Shown here: positions 39,695 to 54,000 of the stretch, in pieces | Layout: each line of letters starts with the position of its first letter | Position numbering within the stretch: position 1 is the stretch's first letter | Assembly (NCBI GenBank): GCA_051362555.1 | Contig: CM120642.1 | Location: 7,006,001-7,070,000, forward strand | Length of the DNA stretch: 64,000 nucleotides | DNA from: Lingula anatina | Taxonomy: Eukaryota; Animalia; Brachiopoda | Direction of reading: 5' to 3' | Notes under the pieces: model-generated | Seen by the model: the letters and a program-made list of their open reading frames with translations, nothing else | Database searches by the model: none | Told to the model about the DNA's origin: nothing | Program-made: the position numbers and the translations under genes

Positions 39695-42600
39695 ACATTC
39701 ACTAAAAGACGAAATTTGGAAATTTGAAATTTAATCATATCAATATTTTTTTATAATAGGATTTAAATGTAAAACCATTTTAAATGATGAGGTCATGCAG
39801 ACGGTGCCACAATTGTAAAATGAAAAAATTATATCGGTGTTAAGGGCACAATTAACGCTCTATTTTTTAGTTTAATGGTTTGGACGCCGGCACGAAAAAT
39901 AACTTAAGTAGTTTTAATCCGTTATACGAATGAATAATGCCTACCGAGTATTGCACAATATATAACAAGCATTTATCAAAGTATCTGTGTTAATATAGAA
40001 TTTGAGTAAACGAACATAGCTTTCAAAAGCATTAAACAGATGTTTCTCATAATAACCGTTATAAATTTGATGTATTGTGTGTTATCAGAATTTAACTATA
40101 TGATGAATAAAGGCTACTTACAGAAAATTTTAATTTTATGATTCGAGTAAAACATTTATTTCAGACCCAACGACTGTTTGTAAAAACATCTAATGTATTT
40201 TTAGACCCAAAAATGTTTTTTTTTTTTTTGCTTCCAAGGCCTGTCACGAAATATTATCTGAAAATAGTTATTATCTGCCAATGATGTTATGTATTGGTTT
40301 CGTTTGTATGTTAGTCTAATTTTGAAAAAAGTTGTGTACAGTTTTTAATAATTAGAATATCTATTAAATTTTAATCGTGATACGTCTGTAAATTAATGGT
40401 TAATATTTTGTTAACCATATGTCTGTTTCACTGATTGTGAGCATGCATGACTATAGTTGTGGATGGATTTTGATGAAATCTCCAGGATAGGTCTGAATTG
40501 TGATGATTTGTTAATGGTAATTGAGATAATTAATGAGCTTATTATTAATAAATTCATGAGTAATTATGAGTTGAATTGATATTCCAATAGGTAGTTACTG
40601 TTGTTGCACCTCGGTACATAGTTCTTACTAAATGCCTGAAATTTAAGAAAACTGAAAAAATGGAAGAAAAAAAAACATACTAACATTTGTGGTCATGAAG
40701 TACACAATAAAAACCTTTTTCAGAGGACCCGTGCAAAGACAACATAGAAATAACAGATAAATGGAGAATATCAACCTATACTGGAACATTTTATCATTGC
40801 GATGTATATGCTTGGTGGACTGGTTGGTTCCGTATCGCAGGAGCTGCTGGCAACAAAGTTGCAGATAAGGTAATACATTCTTTCTCGTTCCCTTATCAAT
40901 AATGTGATTATTCAAATTCCAATCTTGGACAAATTTAGCCATTGAACAATTTTAAGGACGGTACGGGTCGAGTGGCGGTATTTTCCGTCAGAACACACCA
41001 TCTGGATCGACCTAACTCCCTGGGGGTTCACGCTAAATTGCTGTCAGCCGAGCGGGCACGAAAGTTAATAACCCCCTTACAGCTTTTAGTAGGCGGGATA
41101 GACATTTAAGCCGGCTTAGCTGACAGCAATCTAGTGAGACTCCCCACGGTGATAGGCCGATCTAAAATCTGTGGGAATGCAGTCTAAAATTACTAAAATG
41201 CACCAGTTGCCGAAACGACTCATTCTTTGTACCCGCGCTGATGTAAGTATGGGTAATTAATTAACTCCTGAGCAATTGCAATGGTTATTCGACTTTCAAT
41301 CAGGTTTCATTGAGACAAAGATGACGTTATTCGATAAACCGTCACTTATTGTTCTAATAGCATTTAAGTCAATCCAATCAAAGTTGACGCTGCCATCCTG
41401 AAAGATGTAACCTTCGATCATACTTCTTCAGGTATATTCACCGGTATATCGGACCACACTACCCGTTTTCAAGGTGTGAGTCAGTACGCATTTCACAGTA
41501 TCATACCCCGAACAAATTTTGAGTGGTGATGCAATACTTTTCAACCCCGCTGAGAATCGTCACTATCACATCACGTACTAGGCAAGAGCGGTGTCTCGTC
41601 TCATACTGTAAAAAGCGTACTGATACACTTCTTGAAAACGGGTAGTGTGGTCCGATCTACCGGTGAATTCAGGATCATTCGGTGCCGAGTCTGGTAGTTG
41701 GGTAGGCCTGTTCTTACATTTTCTTTCGTGTAAGTAATTGTGAGATTTTTTGCCTAATGCATCTATTATAACCCAACGCTTTTGTTAAGGGTACTATGTA
41801 CGATGAGTGTCATTTTATCATTGTTGTTTTTCTTTTTATATCGATATATATTATCATCATGCACACAGAATATATATAAAATGAAAAAAATCACTTTATT
41901 TGCAATATATATGTTCAATAGGAATAGTTAAAGTGATGCGAGCTCTGTATTCCTTCAGTGTCCGGAGTATAAACATTGTGGTACGCACTATCCAATGTGG
42001 ATCCTTGGCGGTCATCCCAAAGAAGAAGATGGTATTGTGAGACGACCACTCTGTACTCGTTTGACTGATAGCAAATGCTGCGCGAATCCATCTGAACTTT
42101 CAAGCTTCAAAAACGATTTTATTTGGATTAAGAAATGTCCCGGTGGATACTTCGTATACAAGACATCGCACCTTACGAATGGTTACTGCCACAGATCTCT
42201 TTGTACAGGTATATTAATATGTTAGTGTTGAAAGAAATTGGCAATTACTACTTCCTGATCTTATTTCTCCAGTTATGAATGAAAAATGAATGTTAGAATT
42301 CTTGTACGTGTACTTCTCAGTGAGTTTTACCCATCATTTGTGGACAAAAGCCCAAAAGCCCAATATTTTTCTAAAAATAAAACCGCACCTTTTCATTTCT
42401 ACCCATGTCTACAAATGCCAGTTACAAACTTGCCCTCGCCAATGGAAAATGCTGGTAAACCACCGATCTGCTAAGCATTAATTTGTTTACTTTGACCTAT
42501 GATATTATCAGTTCCCATTGGCGACGTCTTATTTTTGCTATATTCTGTTTTTTGGGGGGTGAAAAGGGGGAGATGGGTGTACCACCAAAGCTTATAATAT

Positions 42601-43165
42601 TAGGGGGCACGTCGTCCAATGTACCCCCTGGATCTGCCCTTGATTTGCTTTGTATTTGCAGACATAGACAAAAGCGACCCCTGCTTGAACAGTACCTGCA
42701 CCAGTGGATGCACACATAGCAACGGGAAATTCAAATGTGTCTGCCCAAAGGATCTAGTGCTAGTTGGAAATGACTGCGGTAAGGCATTCAGAGACACTCA
42801 TACATGTATAATGGTCTGTGCCTATATAAATAAAGTTTATAACGATTTCACACAAATTTTATCACAACCCAAAGAAGGACATTTACATGATAAAACCTAA
42901 CCTTAGACAATTTGTCTTTTTGGGCTTTTTCAGTCACACCATGCTCCATAGAAAACGGAGGTTGTAGCCACAAGTGCTCAATTATCAAAGGGAATATTTC
43001 TTGCTCGTGTCCGACATACCTCATGTTGGGGAATGACAGCATGACTTGCGGTATGCTTGAATCATTTTAATGACCTTTGAAAAAGAAACTGATAAAATTC
43101 CCAAAATGGAAAGTGGCGGATAAATGAGCATAATTCTATGTTTTGTTTACATAAAAATACAAAAA

Positions 43166-43208
<43 letters not shown>

Positions 43209-45993
43209 AAACACAATAATTCAATATAGTAATTTATTTAATAACAGTAAGTAATTCCATTTTTGACATTTTCAGTGAGTAGGTGTCAAATAGAAAATGG
43301 AGGATGCAGTGATTTTTGTCACGAAAATCGCAGCGGCGACGTCATCTGCAGCTGCCCAGCAAACATGGTGGTTGGATCCGACCAGAAAACATGCAGTAAG
43401 TGGTACATGTATATCCGGGATGGTGATTTTAAAAAGATATGATTTCCAAATAAACATGTCATTGCAGCTAGCAAATACAATATGAAACCTATGCAGATCA
43501 TTCCTTTATATTTTGGAATTTAATAAATTGGGAAACTGATACTAAATTAAAGTAGCATTCTCAATAACCAAACTCATTTACCAAGGGCATCATGAATTTG
43601 TAATAGGATTGGTAAAAGTGGTAAGTCATACTGGTACTAGTACATGATGAAAACATTGAATAATATTCCAGCTACATGTAGCCAGTCGTTTATCAGATAT
43701 AGTTTACATGTACTAGTATCGTGTTCCTTCATTTATTCATCAAGAAACGTCTTGTGCCATCAACAACGGAGGGTGCAGCCATATTTGTAACGATACTGAC
43801 CACGGGGCAGTGTGCGACTGTCCACCAGGCCTGAAGTTTGGCTCAAACAACAAACTATGTGGTGAGAAAATGAAAATTTTGTATAGCCAGTATTTGCATA
43901 TATCATCTATAATCATCAATTCAAAATAATACTGCAGAATGATAATAGTAGAATGAGAATTATACTAACAGCAGGGCTATCAGCCTGCGTGTTTTGTTAT
44001 TAAGATAAATGCCACCCACAGCTTAATTAAATGTGTCAACCAAGCAAGCTGGCATTTAACATGTAAATAAGCCTAATAAGTTTGTCAGTGAATATTTTGC
44101 TACACTGAGATTGGACTTGGATCTTGGAGGATTTAGAATCTTCCTGAATTGGTACAGCGTCTGCAACATGGAGATTGATTTGTGAAGATCTACTGGGATC
44201 TTCATTTACAAGAAAGATATTCTTAGAAAAACTAACACATTCTGTTTATATCTTCACAATTATGAACTATTGATAAAAAAGTGATATTTTCAGATGTGGA
44301 CATCAACGAATGCAAAACTGTTCCTAATTTGTGTTCATCAAACGCTGACTGCATCAATACTTTTGGGTCTTACAAATGTGAATGTAAGCCAGGATTCTAT
44401 GGTGATGGTCAACAGTGTGTAGGTATGTGAAATTGAGTGAAAAAAGCAAAGCCTCGGAAAAAAAAGACCCACGACAAAGTCTAAACGCTTCGGCCAATCC
44501 TTTTCCATACACTTGTTGCAACAGGTTAAGGGTAGATAAATTATAGATGTAGCTCTCAAGGTAAATTAATAGGAACAAGGGCCCCCGTTTCAACCTTTCC
44601 GCAAAGGGCACATACCAAAATTCCCTTTTTTTTATAGAATTCAATGTTGAATTTTTATACAAAGTGAAAATGCAAAAGCTGCACTTAACCGTTTACATGG
44701 CTTAAACATTGTGAAAACAAATCTAGATTTAGAAACGAATATGTACAATTTTTACTTTGAAATAGTAGAGTGCGCTAAGTTAAGAGTTAATTGTTTTGTA
44801 ACTCGCATCCCTTTGTTGTTCTTAATTGTAACTGGTACAAATATCGACTGTATATCATGACAAAGTAGGGCACAGTTTGTGTCTGGGTATATGTCAGATT
44901 AATATTATGTTTAATCTATTTTCCAGTGGAAAAATGGAGCGACCCAACTGCGAAAAGGTATATATATGATTTATTATTATGATTATTGCACAGTGCCAAA
45001 GGAATAAAGCTTACTATTTTTGCTGCAAGGCACTCGACGAAATCACAAAAATGCGAAAAAGAATTAAATGAAATTTACTGTGAGGTTATAAAGTTTTAGT
45101 GAGCTATCGGCACCCCTGCAGCCTTTCAACGCTTTTTGGATGTTCCTTGTAAGAAAGACTCTCAACTTGAAACCTGTAATCAATTACCGTTGTACGAAAT
45201 TTTGTTGCACAATTACGGTTGGCGGTGGGAAGTAGTCAAGGTGCCCTGAGAGTTATCAATATGACCGTGAAGAAACCTGAAAGACATGGGGAGCGGAGCC
45301 TAAGGGCATGCCCTGAATGATCTCAGGATTAACTTTCTGTATGGACTTGATAAGGTTCTTAGAACGAAATGAACTTTCGAGCTAAAAGTATGTCTTAGAA
45401 TAGGAATCGTGGTGTGATACGAATTAATATCTTTCAACAGGTGTCTTTGCCGCGTTCGTGCTGAGATCAGCAAGACGTCCCCAGGGCCAATCCTCTATGA
45501 ATTACCGACGCTTATCTACGGGTCCGGTAATGTGTGGGTAGAAGAGGTCAATGGGTCTTCTCCCGTGCCCGTCACCAAAAGGTATCCTGGCTTCTATTCA
45601 ACCCGTAGGCGGCGCCAGCTGACCATTCCCGACTTGTACACGTGTTTGAAGGTACTGCGTGAGTGCCCGGCCGACTGTGAGAGGTTGTCCAAACTTACCT
45701 TGGGCGACGCTGGTCTAGGAAAGAAGTTTTCTGTTCAAAACTCAGCTGGTGTGGACACAAAGAAAACCCTAGGACAAATTTCGTGCGAAAGATTTGGTTA
45801 TGACTTCGCACCACCAGGCAAGCGAGTGGTCACGTTTTACAAGCCGCCTAGTGAATGTGGCACTGAACTGTCCACTCACGCATTTGACCAGCATCTTTGC
45901 TGTACAAGTTATTATCTGTCTGGAATCGGTTCCTATAATTTGTATAACGCAAAATGCACGAAGGGCATAACCCTAGCCGATATCTTTGGCTAG
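39572..45993 (+). CDS. Gene B2: paralog of B1, ~547 aa, identical exon sizes
   Basis: 10 exons in frame: 39572-39635, 40724-40869, 41959-42208, 42662-42778, 42934-43050, 43276-43395, 43745-43861, 44294-44422, 44927-44957, 45441-45993. Confidence 0.93.
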
Positions 45994-48035
45994 AAGCAAT
46001 CTGTGGCAGAAGCAACATACTAGAATATCGTAAACTCTTTCATTAATGAGTTCTGACTCAGTTTATAATTGGCAGTGAATGACACATGGAATTGTTTTTA
46101 AATAACACGAATCATACAAGATTGACATTTGTCTTATTTGGAACTTTAGTGTCAAAAATTAAAATCAGTCACTGTGCGCGCCAGGTTTTTATGTATAATG
46201 AATCACCCATGTTATAATTGTAAACTCAGAAAAATTCTGAATAAATTGACGATGATTTTATTTTCAGCAATAAAAAGTATTATGCGTCCAAATATCTCTG
46301 TATCATAAATGCAAGGTTCACCACTGTATTACAGTATTATTCAAATATGATACAGGTAAACTTTGTTTGTAGCTTTACCGATAAATCAATATGCACAATC
46401 ATTGTCACATATGATGCCTCCAGACCGTGACATCGATTGACCTGCAAGAATATCTATCAGGTTCCGTTAACTTTTCTTGTCATTATTTGTAATATCAGTA
46501 CAAAAAGGTATTTTAGTAGAAAGTGCTGCTATAAAAATGGGCCAAATCAAATGTTTTGCAGAAGAAAAGGAAGTGCTCATCTCTGCGCCGTTTTTTTTTT
46601 TTTTCACTTCCATTTGGTTTTGTATTTTGACAAAAAAGGAAGTCCCCAGCCTTATCAAAACATCGGGCTTGCTGCAGACTGCAATTCCTTCTTGGAATTT
46701 TGCAGCAAATTTGCTACTATATTGATGGGAATAAGCAAAAATAATTTTCTTCACGCATACTCCTGCAATTCATTGCCGCAAACGTTGGCTGCAAACTTTA
46801 AATTTTCCTTCGGGCCGCCACAAGCTTCTATACCTACATACAATCATGCTTAAGCAGTCCCGGAACTAGGTGCGATTTTTACTGTGTTAGAAACTTTTTA
46901 TCATGGTAGGTGTGAAGCTTTGGAGCAACTGCTATCGACGTAATTATTGTACTAATAGGTCAATGAGTCGCATGATGAAGAAATCTCACACAACGGGTGC
47001 CACCTGGTGATGAATCTCTGATATGTTTAAACCTGTTTATGACACAATTGTGCTTAATGTCAAATTTGGTAGTTGGGTATCAGATTGATCGCAGAGGGTC
47101 CTTTTTTTTTGGGGGGGGGGGAAATAATATCATCAATTGACAAATCACAGTAAACAAAAACTTATGCATATCTTATTCTGATAATGCCTGGTCCATATAA
47201 TAACATCGTTTTACAAAGGACAGAGAATAAAAATCCACATTCACGAGTCACAAGAATGTGATGTTTAAAGAATCCACTAACTAAAAAGGTTCCACGCATA
47301 ACGGGAAATAAAAAGTGGCTTTCACGGGTAACAAAAAAAAATAATAATAAGCCAATGGGACCCTGTACTCAATAGGCCACGTGCCATTCCTCTTAACTTT
47401 CTTTCCCTTACTCCAGGGGAAATGATATCCAAAACAGACAAAAGCAAAAAAATTGTTGCATTCCAGTCTCCTACATTCTGTAGCCACCTGATAGGTTCAC
47501 CTTCGCCTGCAAAGGGGTCGCGACATGTCGAGATTGTGGTAGGTGTGATTTAATTTCTTACACTTTGTGGCAGTTTTTCCCCTGTCTATCGCTAGAATTT
47601 CTGAATTTCTGAATATCTGAAACTTCTGCCCTTCAATAATAACATACAGTCTATATAACACTATGCAGAATTACGTATAGTATATCACTCCATCACAATA
47701 TTCCATAATGTAATTAGAGCTTACATGTATAATTACCATTACAGGTCATTGTTATTATCAAGATTTTGGGAAACCTGACACGTCCCCAGGACAGCCTACC
47801 TCCCCCCTTGTGGAAATCCCACATTCAGGTACTAGCACCTATACAGTTTCGTACAGAATCGTGTGCCTTAGTATATCACAAAGCCTTTAGAATTTTTAGC
47901 ATCCAGGACATGTATTACACTAAATGAAACTCAAATCCAGTTGGTCTTGCTAAGAAGTTTTATTCTCATTTTGCGGTAAAGGCAAAGGAATAAATGGCCT
48001 TATTATAGTGTCCAAGATTTAACAAAGAAAGGAAG

Positions 48036-48901
48036 TTATCGTCATCGGAAGTAGTTTCTGATCATTGCTTCGTGTCTTTGCTCACTGTTAAAAATCTGAA
48101 ATGGTAAAAACATATTTCAATGAGCTATCGTGTAAAATGAGAAGGAGGGGGAGTTGTTCAGAAAAGACTATTGTTCTATTGTGTGTTTAAAATAATGTTT
48201 CACTTAAAGTAAAATTTATTCTTAAAATATCATTAATAATTACCTCCGACTGGAAGATTTTGCTCCTTGAGTTCCTTTCGAAGATCCTGTTCTCGTTCCA
48301 GAAAAAACTGAAAGAAAATGTGAAATACTTATTGGAGGTTCAGGATTATTAAATTTTGTTTGTTTTTAGCTCTCTTTTCTATGGTAAAAACATATTTCAA
48401 TGAGCTATCGTGTAAAATGAGAAGGAGGGGGAGTTGTTCAGAAAAGACTATTGTTCTATTGTGTGTTTAAAATAATGTTTCACTTAAAGTAAAATTTATT
48501 CTTAATTACCTCCGACTGGAAGATTTTGCTCCTTGAGTTCCTTTCGAAGATCCTTATCGTCATCGGAAGTAGTTTCTGATCATTGCTTCGTGTCTTTGCT
48601 CACTGTTAAAAATCTGAAATGGTAAAAACATATTTCAATGAGCTATCGTGTAAAATGAGAAGGAGGGGGAGTTGTTCAGAAAAGACTATTGTTCTATTGT
48701 GTGTTTAAAATAATGTTTCACTTAAAGTAAAATTTATTCTTAAAATATCATTAATAATTACCTCCGACTGGAAGATTTTGCTCCTTGAGTTCCTTTCGAA
48801 GATCCTGTTCTCGTTCCAGAAAAAACTGAAAGAAAATGTGAAATACTTATTGGAGGTTCAGGATTATTAAATTTTGTTTGTTTTTAGCTCTCTTTTCTAT
48901 G
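48036..48901. repeat. Local complex duplication of the last two C1 coding exons
   Basis: 48036-48383 appears identical to 48554-48901; between them is a third partial copy of 48101-48288 with a ~15-nt deletion. Confidence 0.9.
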
Positions 48902-50955
48902 TCGAATAATGTTAGCGGTAAGTAAACTAGCCACCTTGCCTTAAAATAAAAATGCCGATATCTTGGTAATCCACATTTTAAATGAGTAGTAACGGTTTAC
49001 AAAATGTGCCGAGGACACGTTATAACATAAATTTATGGACTTTAGAATTTATAGTTTTAGATTTTATAGCGTAAGTGTACTAGTAATGTATTTGATGCAA
49101 TTACATATTGCATTGTTATACCAGCAGGCTTTATTTTGTCGAGCAAAACATTATTTGACAATGGATGGAACGATCTTAAGCTGATGAATAAAGCGTTATT
49201 TGACAACGTGAGCTGTGTACATTTTGGGATCTTTGGGCGAAATAATTTGCAGGCTTTGATCAAGTGCTTATTGGAATGTTACTCCGTTTATTCGTCAGAA
49301 CTTTCCTGTTGGATTGATTGTGAGGATAGATTGTCTGGGCATTATACATGTAATTAATTTTTCTGCCGATAGATGTCAAAAGTGGTAAATATGGTATGAT
49401 TTGCAAGTTTAATCTTTAAAACAATAACCTGCCTTATCCTCTAAGATTTCATTTTATAATGACTTTAGGTATTCCCGGCCTCAGGCAATGAACCCACCTC
49501 TGGTCCAAATAAAGACAGGTAATATACTATATATTATCGCCAAGGGACATCCAGTATAAATCCGTAAGAGCGTCACGATCCATATGCCAATTTTTAATCT
49601 CTGAAGTTAAATCTTGTGATATTTGTCATCACAGGTGATATTTGTCAGTCCTCGATCATCTCCATTCCGAAAATGGCTAAGAAATAAGCCCTTAAACTAT
49701 AGATCGTTATTTTGTCAACGGCTTGTTTGGTTATAAGGAAAGAAATTCGTTTAATCTACAGAGAAGGTTATCTCTAAGACTTATACTCAGTATTTAACTT
49801 AAAGGGATAATTACTCTTCGTATGAGATCTATATTTCACAATAAAAACATTGTGAATAACTCATAGAAATATAATATATTCTGTTTTACCACAAAAATGG
49901 CAGTTATAGCTTTTTTGTCTGATATCTGAGCTTGTCTTTAGACCACGTGACCTCCATTGATGGCTATACTCCAAACTTTTTAGAAAAAAAAACAGGGACT
50001 AACTTTGAATGTAAAAATGGATTCATTAACCATTGGTAAGTATGGGGAACTTGTTGTTTACTCCAGGAAAATTCATTTTTTGGCCGAAACGAAGAGTTAT
50101 TATCCCTTTAAAAATAAACATAATATTATAAATGTATACTTACATCCGCACAAAGCAAGATACAGTCCTTCATTAGGAGGACTCCAGTCACTGAAACGAA
50201 ATTAATATATGAATATATTAGCATATATGTAAATAGGTTAAATGAGCACGCATACAAAACATTAGCTATTTGATTATCCATGAACTTGTGTGATTTCTAA
50301 AACTAAACTAACAAAATGATGACAATATATGTACCGTGTACAAGCATCACTATCAATTTTAACCCTAATATTGGCCTATAGAAACTCTAAGATCGAAGGT
50401 GTAGACTTATTTTATCGCAAGAAATATGACTTAAATCTCAGCTCAATACTCAAATTAAGTTTCCTTCTATGAATTTATCTTCAGCTGAAGTAAACTAAAT
50501 GTTTGGACTTCTGGTCAATACATGTATATTAATTTGCTTGAAGTCATCGAAGTATTAACCAATCAATTATTAACCAATCCATAACGTTTAACTGCTTGAC
50601 AAACAAGAAATAGACGTCATATTTTTCATTATTGCGCCACAATTGCCATATTATGGATTATGCACGACGCTTAAAGGTCTATGTTAATGCCAAAAGAAGG
50701 CAAACAGAATCATCACAATTTGATTTCGAACAGGTAAAATTTGTGAATACATCGTCAGGTATAAGATTAAACATACTCAAAGGCGATTGAACATATACAA
50801 AACCCATTTGGCGGTAAACAATGGGAAACGGGAGAGTTTGATTATTATTTTGCAGTTTTGATTTCGTTTAGTTTAGACTTGGTCTCTTTTGACCAACATT
50901 GGCACCGGGAACAACACGGCTGGGCCAATAAATCGAAGCATATTAGTGGAGGCCT

Positions 50956-51041
<86 letters not shown>

Positions 51042-54000
51042 TAAGGCATTTTAATTATCTTACCTAGCAAACTGTTCGATTAGGATTGATTCTTTATCTT
51101 ACTGCGCTGAAATTTAGTTCAAATGGAAAAAATATGAATTGGTGAAAGGTTATTGACATGGTGCAGTGATAACATCTTTTTTCCTGGTCACGTGGACACT
51201 TACTTGAATCATGATATTGCTCGAGGAAGTCATCATCCATAGTCAAAAATCCATCCTGATTCGTATCCACCCATCCAAATATTGCACGAATCCAATTTTC
51301 GTGCAGTATTTCACTCCTCTCGGACCAGCTTCGTACAAATTCGTCAATTGTTGTATTCCCGTCCCCTGAAAGCACGGACCAAGAAGAGAGATTATATATC
51401 GGTCGAGCTCAGCCTCACCGGCTCACTGGTTGGAAACTACAGACCAGACCAATATATTTTTCAAAAGAAAAAAAAGGACAGAGAATGAACTTAAGTGAAA
51501 TTCAAAGCGTGCTAATAGGAAATGATGCATAAAACACAACCACGCCCTCAAACTATCTATGTTAACAAGTCCAATACCAATATTAACGCTGGACATACGC
51601 ACAGCCACTAAAAACACAAGCAATTAAAAGTTGCATTTACAAGATTGCTTCTTCTTGACAACATTGGGATAGCAAATAACAAACGAGCAAATTATTATCA
51701 TAATAATAAGTGATTATGGGAAGGGGCATGCACTATCTAAGTGAGTGATGCCAGTAATAAAAATATCGGCTTATGCATTTTTATTATTATTATGCCACTA
51801 TAGCTCCACAGGCTACTAGAATTTTTGTCAATGTCATTTTATTTATTTATTTTTTAACTTAAACAGTGTTTTTGGTGCAAAGTGTACAAACCTAAATGCT
51901 TAAAACAGTACTACTCATGTATCATATCGCAAAGTCATTTTGACAAGATTCGGCAGTTAAAAAGCAACTTCAATAGATTATGTTGGTTAAGCGATTTTCA
52001 TTACAACGCAGTTGTTTGTATTATTTTTATGTATTAACACAATGCATTTGGGCAGCTGCTTACCGTTCACGTCAGTGGAGTCGATCAGCTCCTGTGTTTC
52101 ATCTAAGATGCCGTTCTCGTTTGTGTCATATTCTATGCACAACCACTTTCCAACTGCCATAGCAGCCAGTTGAATGCCTCGTTCCGGTAACTTTTTGATC
52201 TTGCTATCAATATTATAATGAAAGAACGTTAATACTTGAATAGTTGTTTAAATCTAGAATCTAAATCATTCTTAATATATTTTGGGTTCTATACAGTATA
52301 TTTTTGTAATTGTGTTCTTATGTGTTTGTTTTTATGTAGTCTACTGAACATTTTAAATGGATTTTAGACTTAAAATAAATTAATTATCAAATAAAAAATA
52401 AAATATTAAAAATCGTTCCTAAATTCCAAAAACAATCCAAGAATTTTTAGTAATTGGAATTTTATGTTACTCATTATTTCTTGTCTCATGTTGTGATGGC
52501 TAAAAACTGAGAAATTCTCTTTAAGGTTGGGCACATTTGTTCCTTCTTCTGTATTACAAATTATGTGCATATTGTATAATTTTAATAACAATACAATAAT
52601 AAGGGCTCATTATTCTCTCTGGCAATAAACACAGCATTCACGAAATATATATACAAAAGTAATTGGCAATGCAAAATAAACAAAATAAATAAAATTAATA
52701 TAAATCTTTTTCATCTTCAGGTGCCACCTATAAATGCAGTGTTTGACCAGCGTTGATATTTTGCCAAAGGTTTCTGTTTTTCGCTGTTGACCAAAGGTGT
52801 CTTTTTCAGAATTTTCAGAATTTTCAAGGAAGGTCTTTTGTTGTCTGCTTCGGCCAGGTACTCCACCACTAAGGCTAAAATTCTCCTATCCCTCTTCTGA
52901 TTGAATGGCTCAAAAACTTTAATTAATTGTCGGTGTAAGAAGGGATTGAGGAGCTGTCTTTTTTGGTCGACCTGTTGGAGGACCTCTCGTTGTTAACACG
53001 ATCAGTGTAGGAGATGCGGCGCATGCGCCGGTAGAACCACATTTAAGCTGCTTAGATGATGCATCGAGTTTCGGCTCTCAAAGTCCAAGACCCGCGACCA
53101 TACGAAGGTGATGACCCGGCGTAGGTTTGAGAAAGCGGGTATAAATAAAAATTAGGTCAGGTTAAATTATCATATTTTTAAATCATTATTAAAATAACTG
53201 ATGTTTTCTTTGAACTACATTTATGAAGCTGGAGGACAGCATAGTAGCTGCCAAGGCTATATCCAATGTCTTTCCTCTCTTTGTGTTCTGAGATAACTAC
53301 ATAAAACCCTGAAAGTTGATAAGTGTTCACTGTATCAGTCAAGTGCGAAGCAAATGTAATCACTCATATGACACTCATGAGACCACACTTATATCACACC
53401 GTAACCAGACTCAGATAGGAGAGGGACCTGTAAAATTGCTCTCTTGCTATGACTCTACAGACTGTGCAATTGAGTCAGTGCTTGCGTTTGTTTTAATTTT
53501 ATGAATTTATGGAAATTGTTGTTGTAAATTTTATTTTGTATTTGTGATGTATCTTGTGTTTTTTTAGTGGCCGGCTAATCGGCTAATCGGATAATAGTCT
53601 ATTCAACAATACAGCAACTTTTAAAATAAAGAAACTGAAAACTAAAAGCCCAATTCAAATAGAGTTTTACCTATCCCGACACACTTTGAGAAGAACATTT
53701 TCAACAGAATAAAGTTCATGAATTGACACGGCCGATTGGAACTAGTTTAGGCAGTATCATATAAAAGTGTTTCTATATCGTTAACTCTTCCATTTCAGAA
53801 AAAGATAACTGCCAAGATCCTTGATGTACGTTCCGTTGATACTTTCATTTGTTAAAAGATTGCCCAATCTTAAGGTGAGCAAGTTAATCTTATTCATCTC
53901 AGATTAAGCATTCTCCTGCATTATCCTTGGTAGTACGTGAATGCTAAATAAATTATCTTAGCTTTATCCATTTTACTTTATGAGGAAATATTATTTGGTT

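Larger units (their letters stand above)
22888..47345. repeat. Segmental duplication unit 2 (gene pair A2+B2)
   Basis: Same gene order and orientation and flanking homology as 4312-22262; ~6.5 kb longer because of intronic insertions. Confidence 0.85.

Noticed and set aside
46437-47487. ORFs conserved between 46437-47487, 58407-59519 and 21346-21654
   Set aside because: Similarity reflects segmental duplication of non-coding DNA; frames are broken by indels and microsatellites between copies
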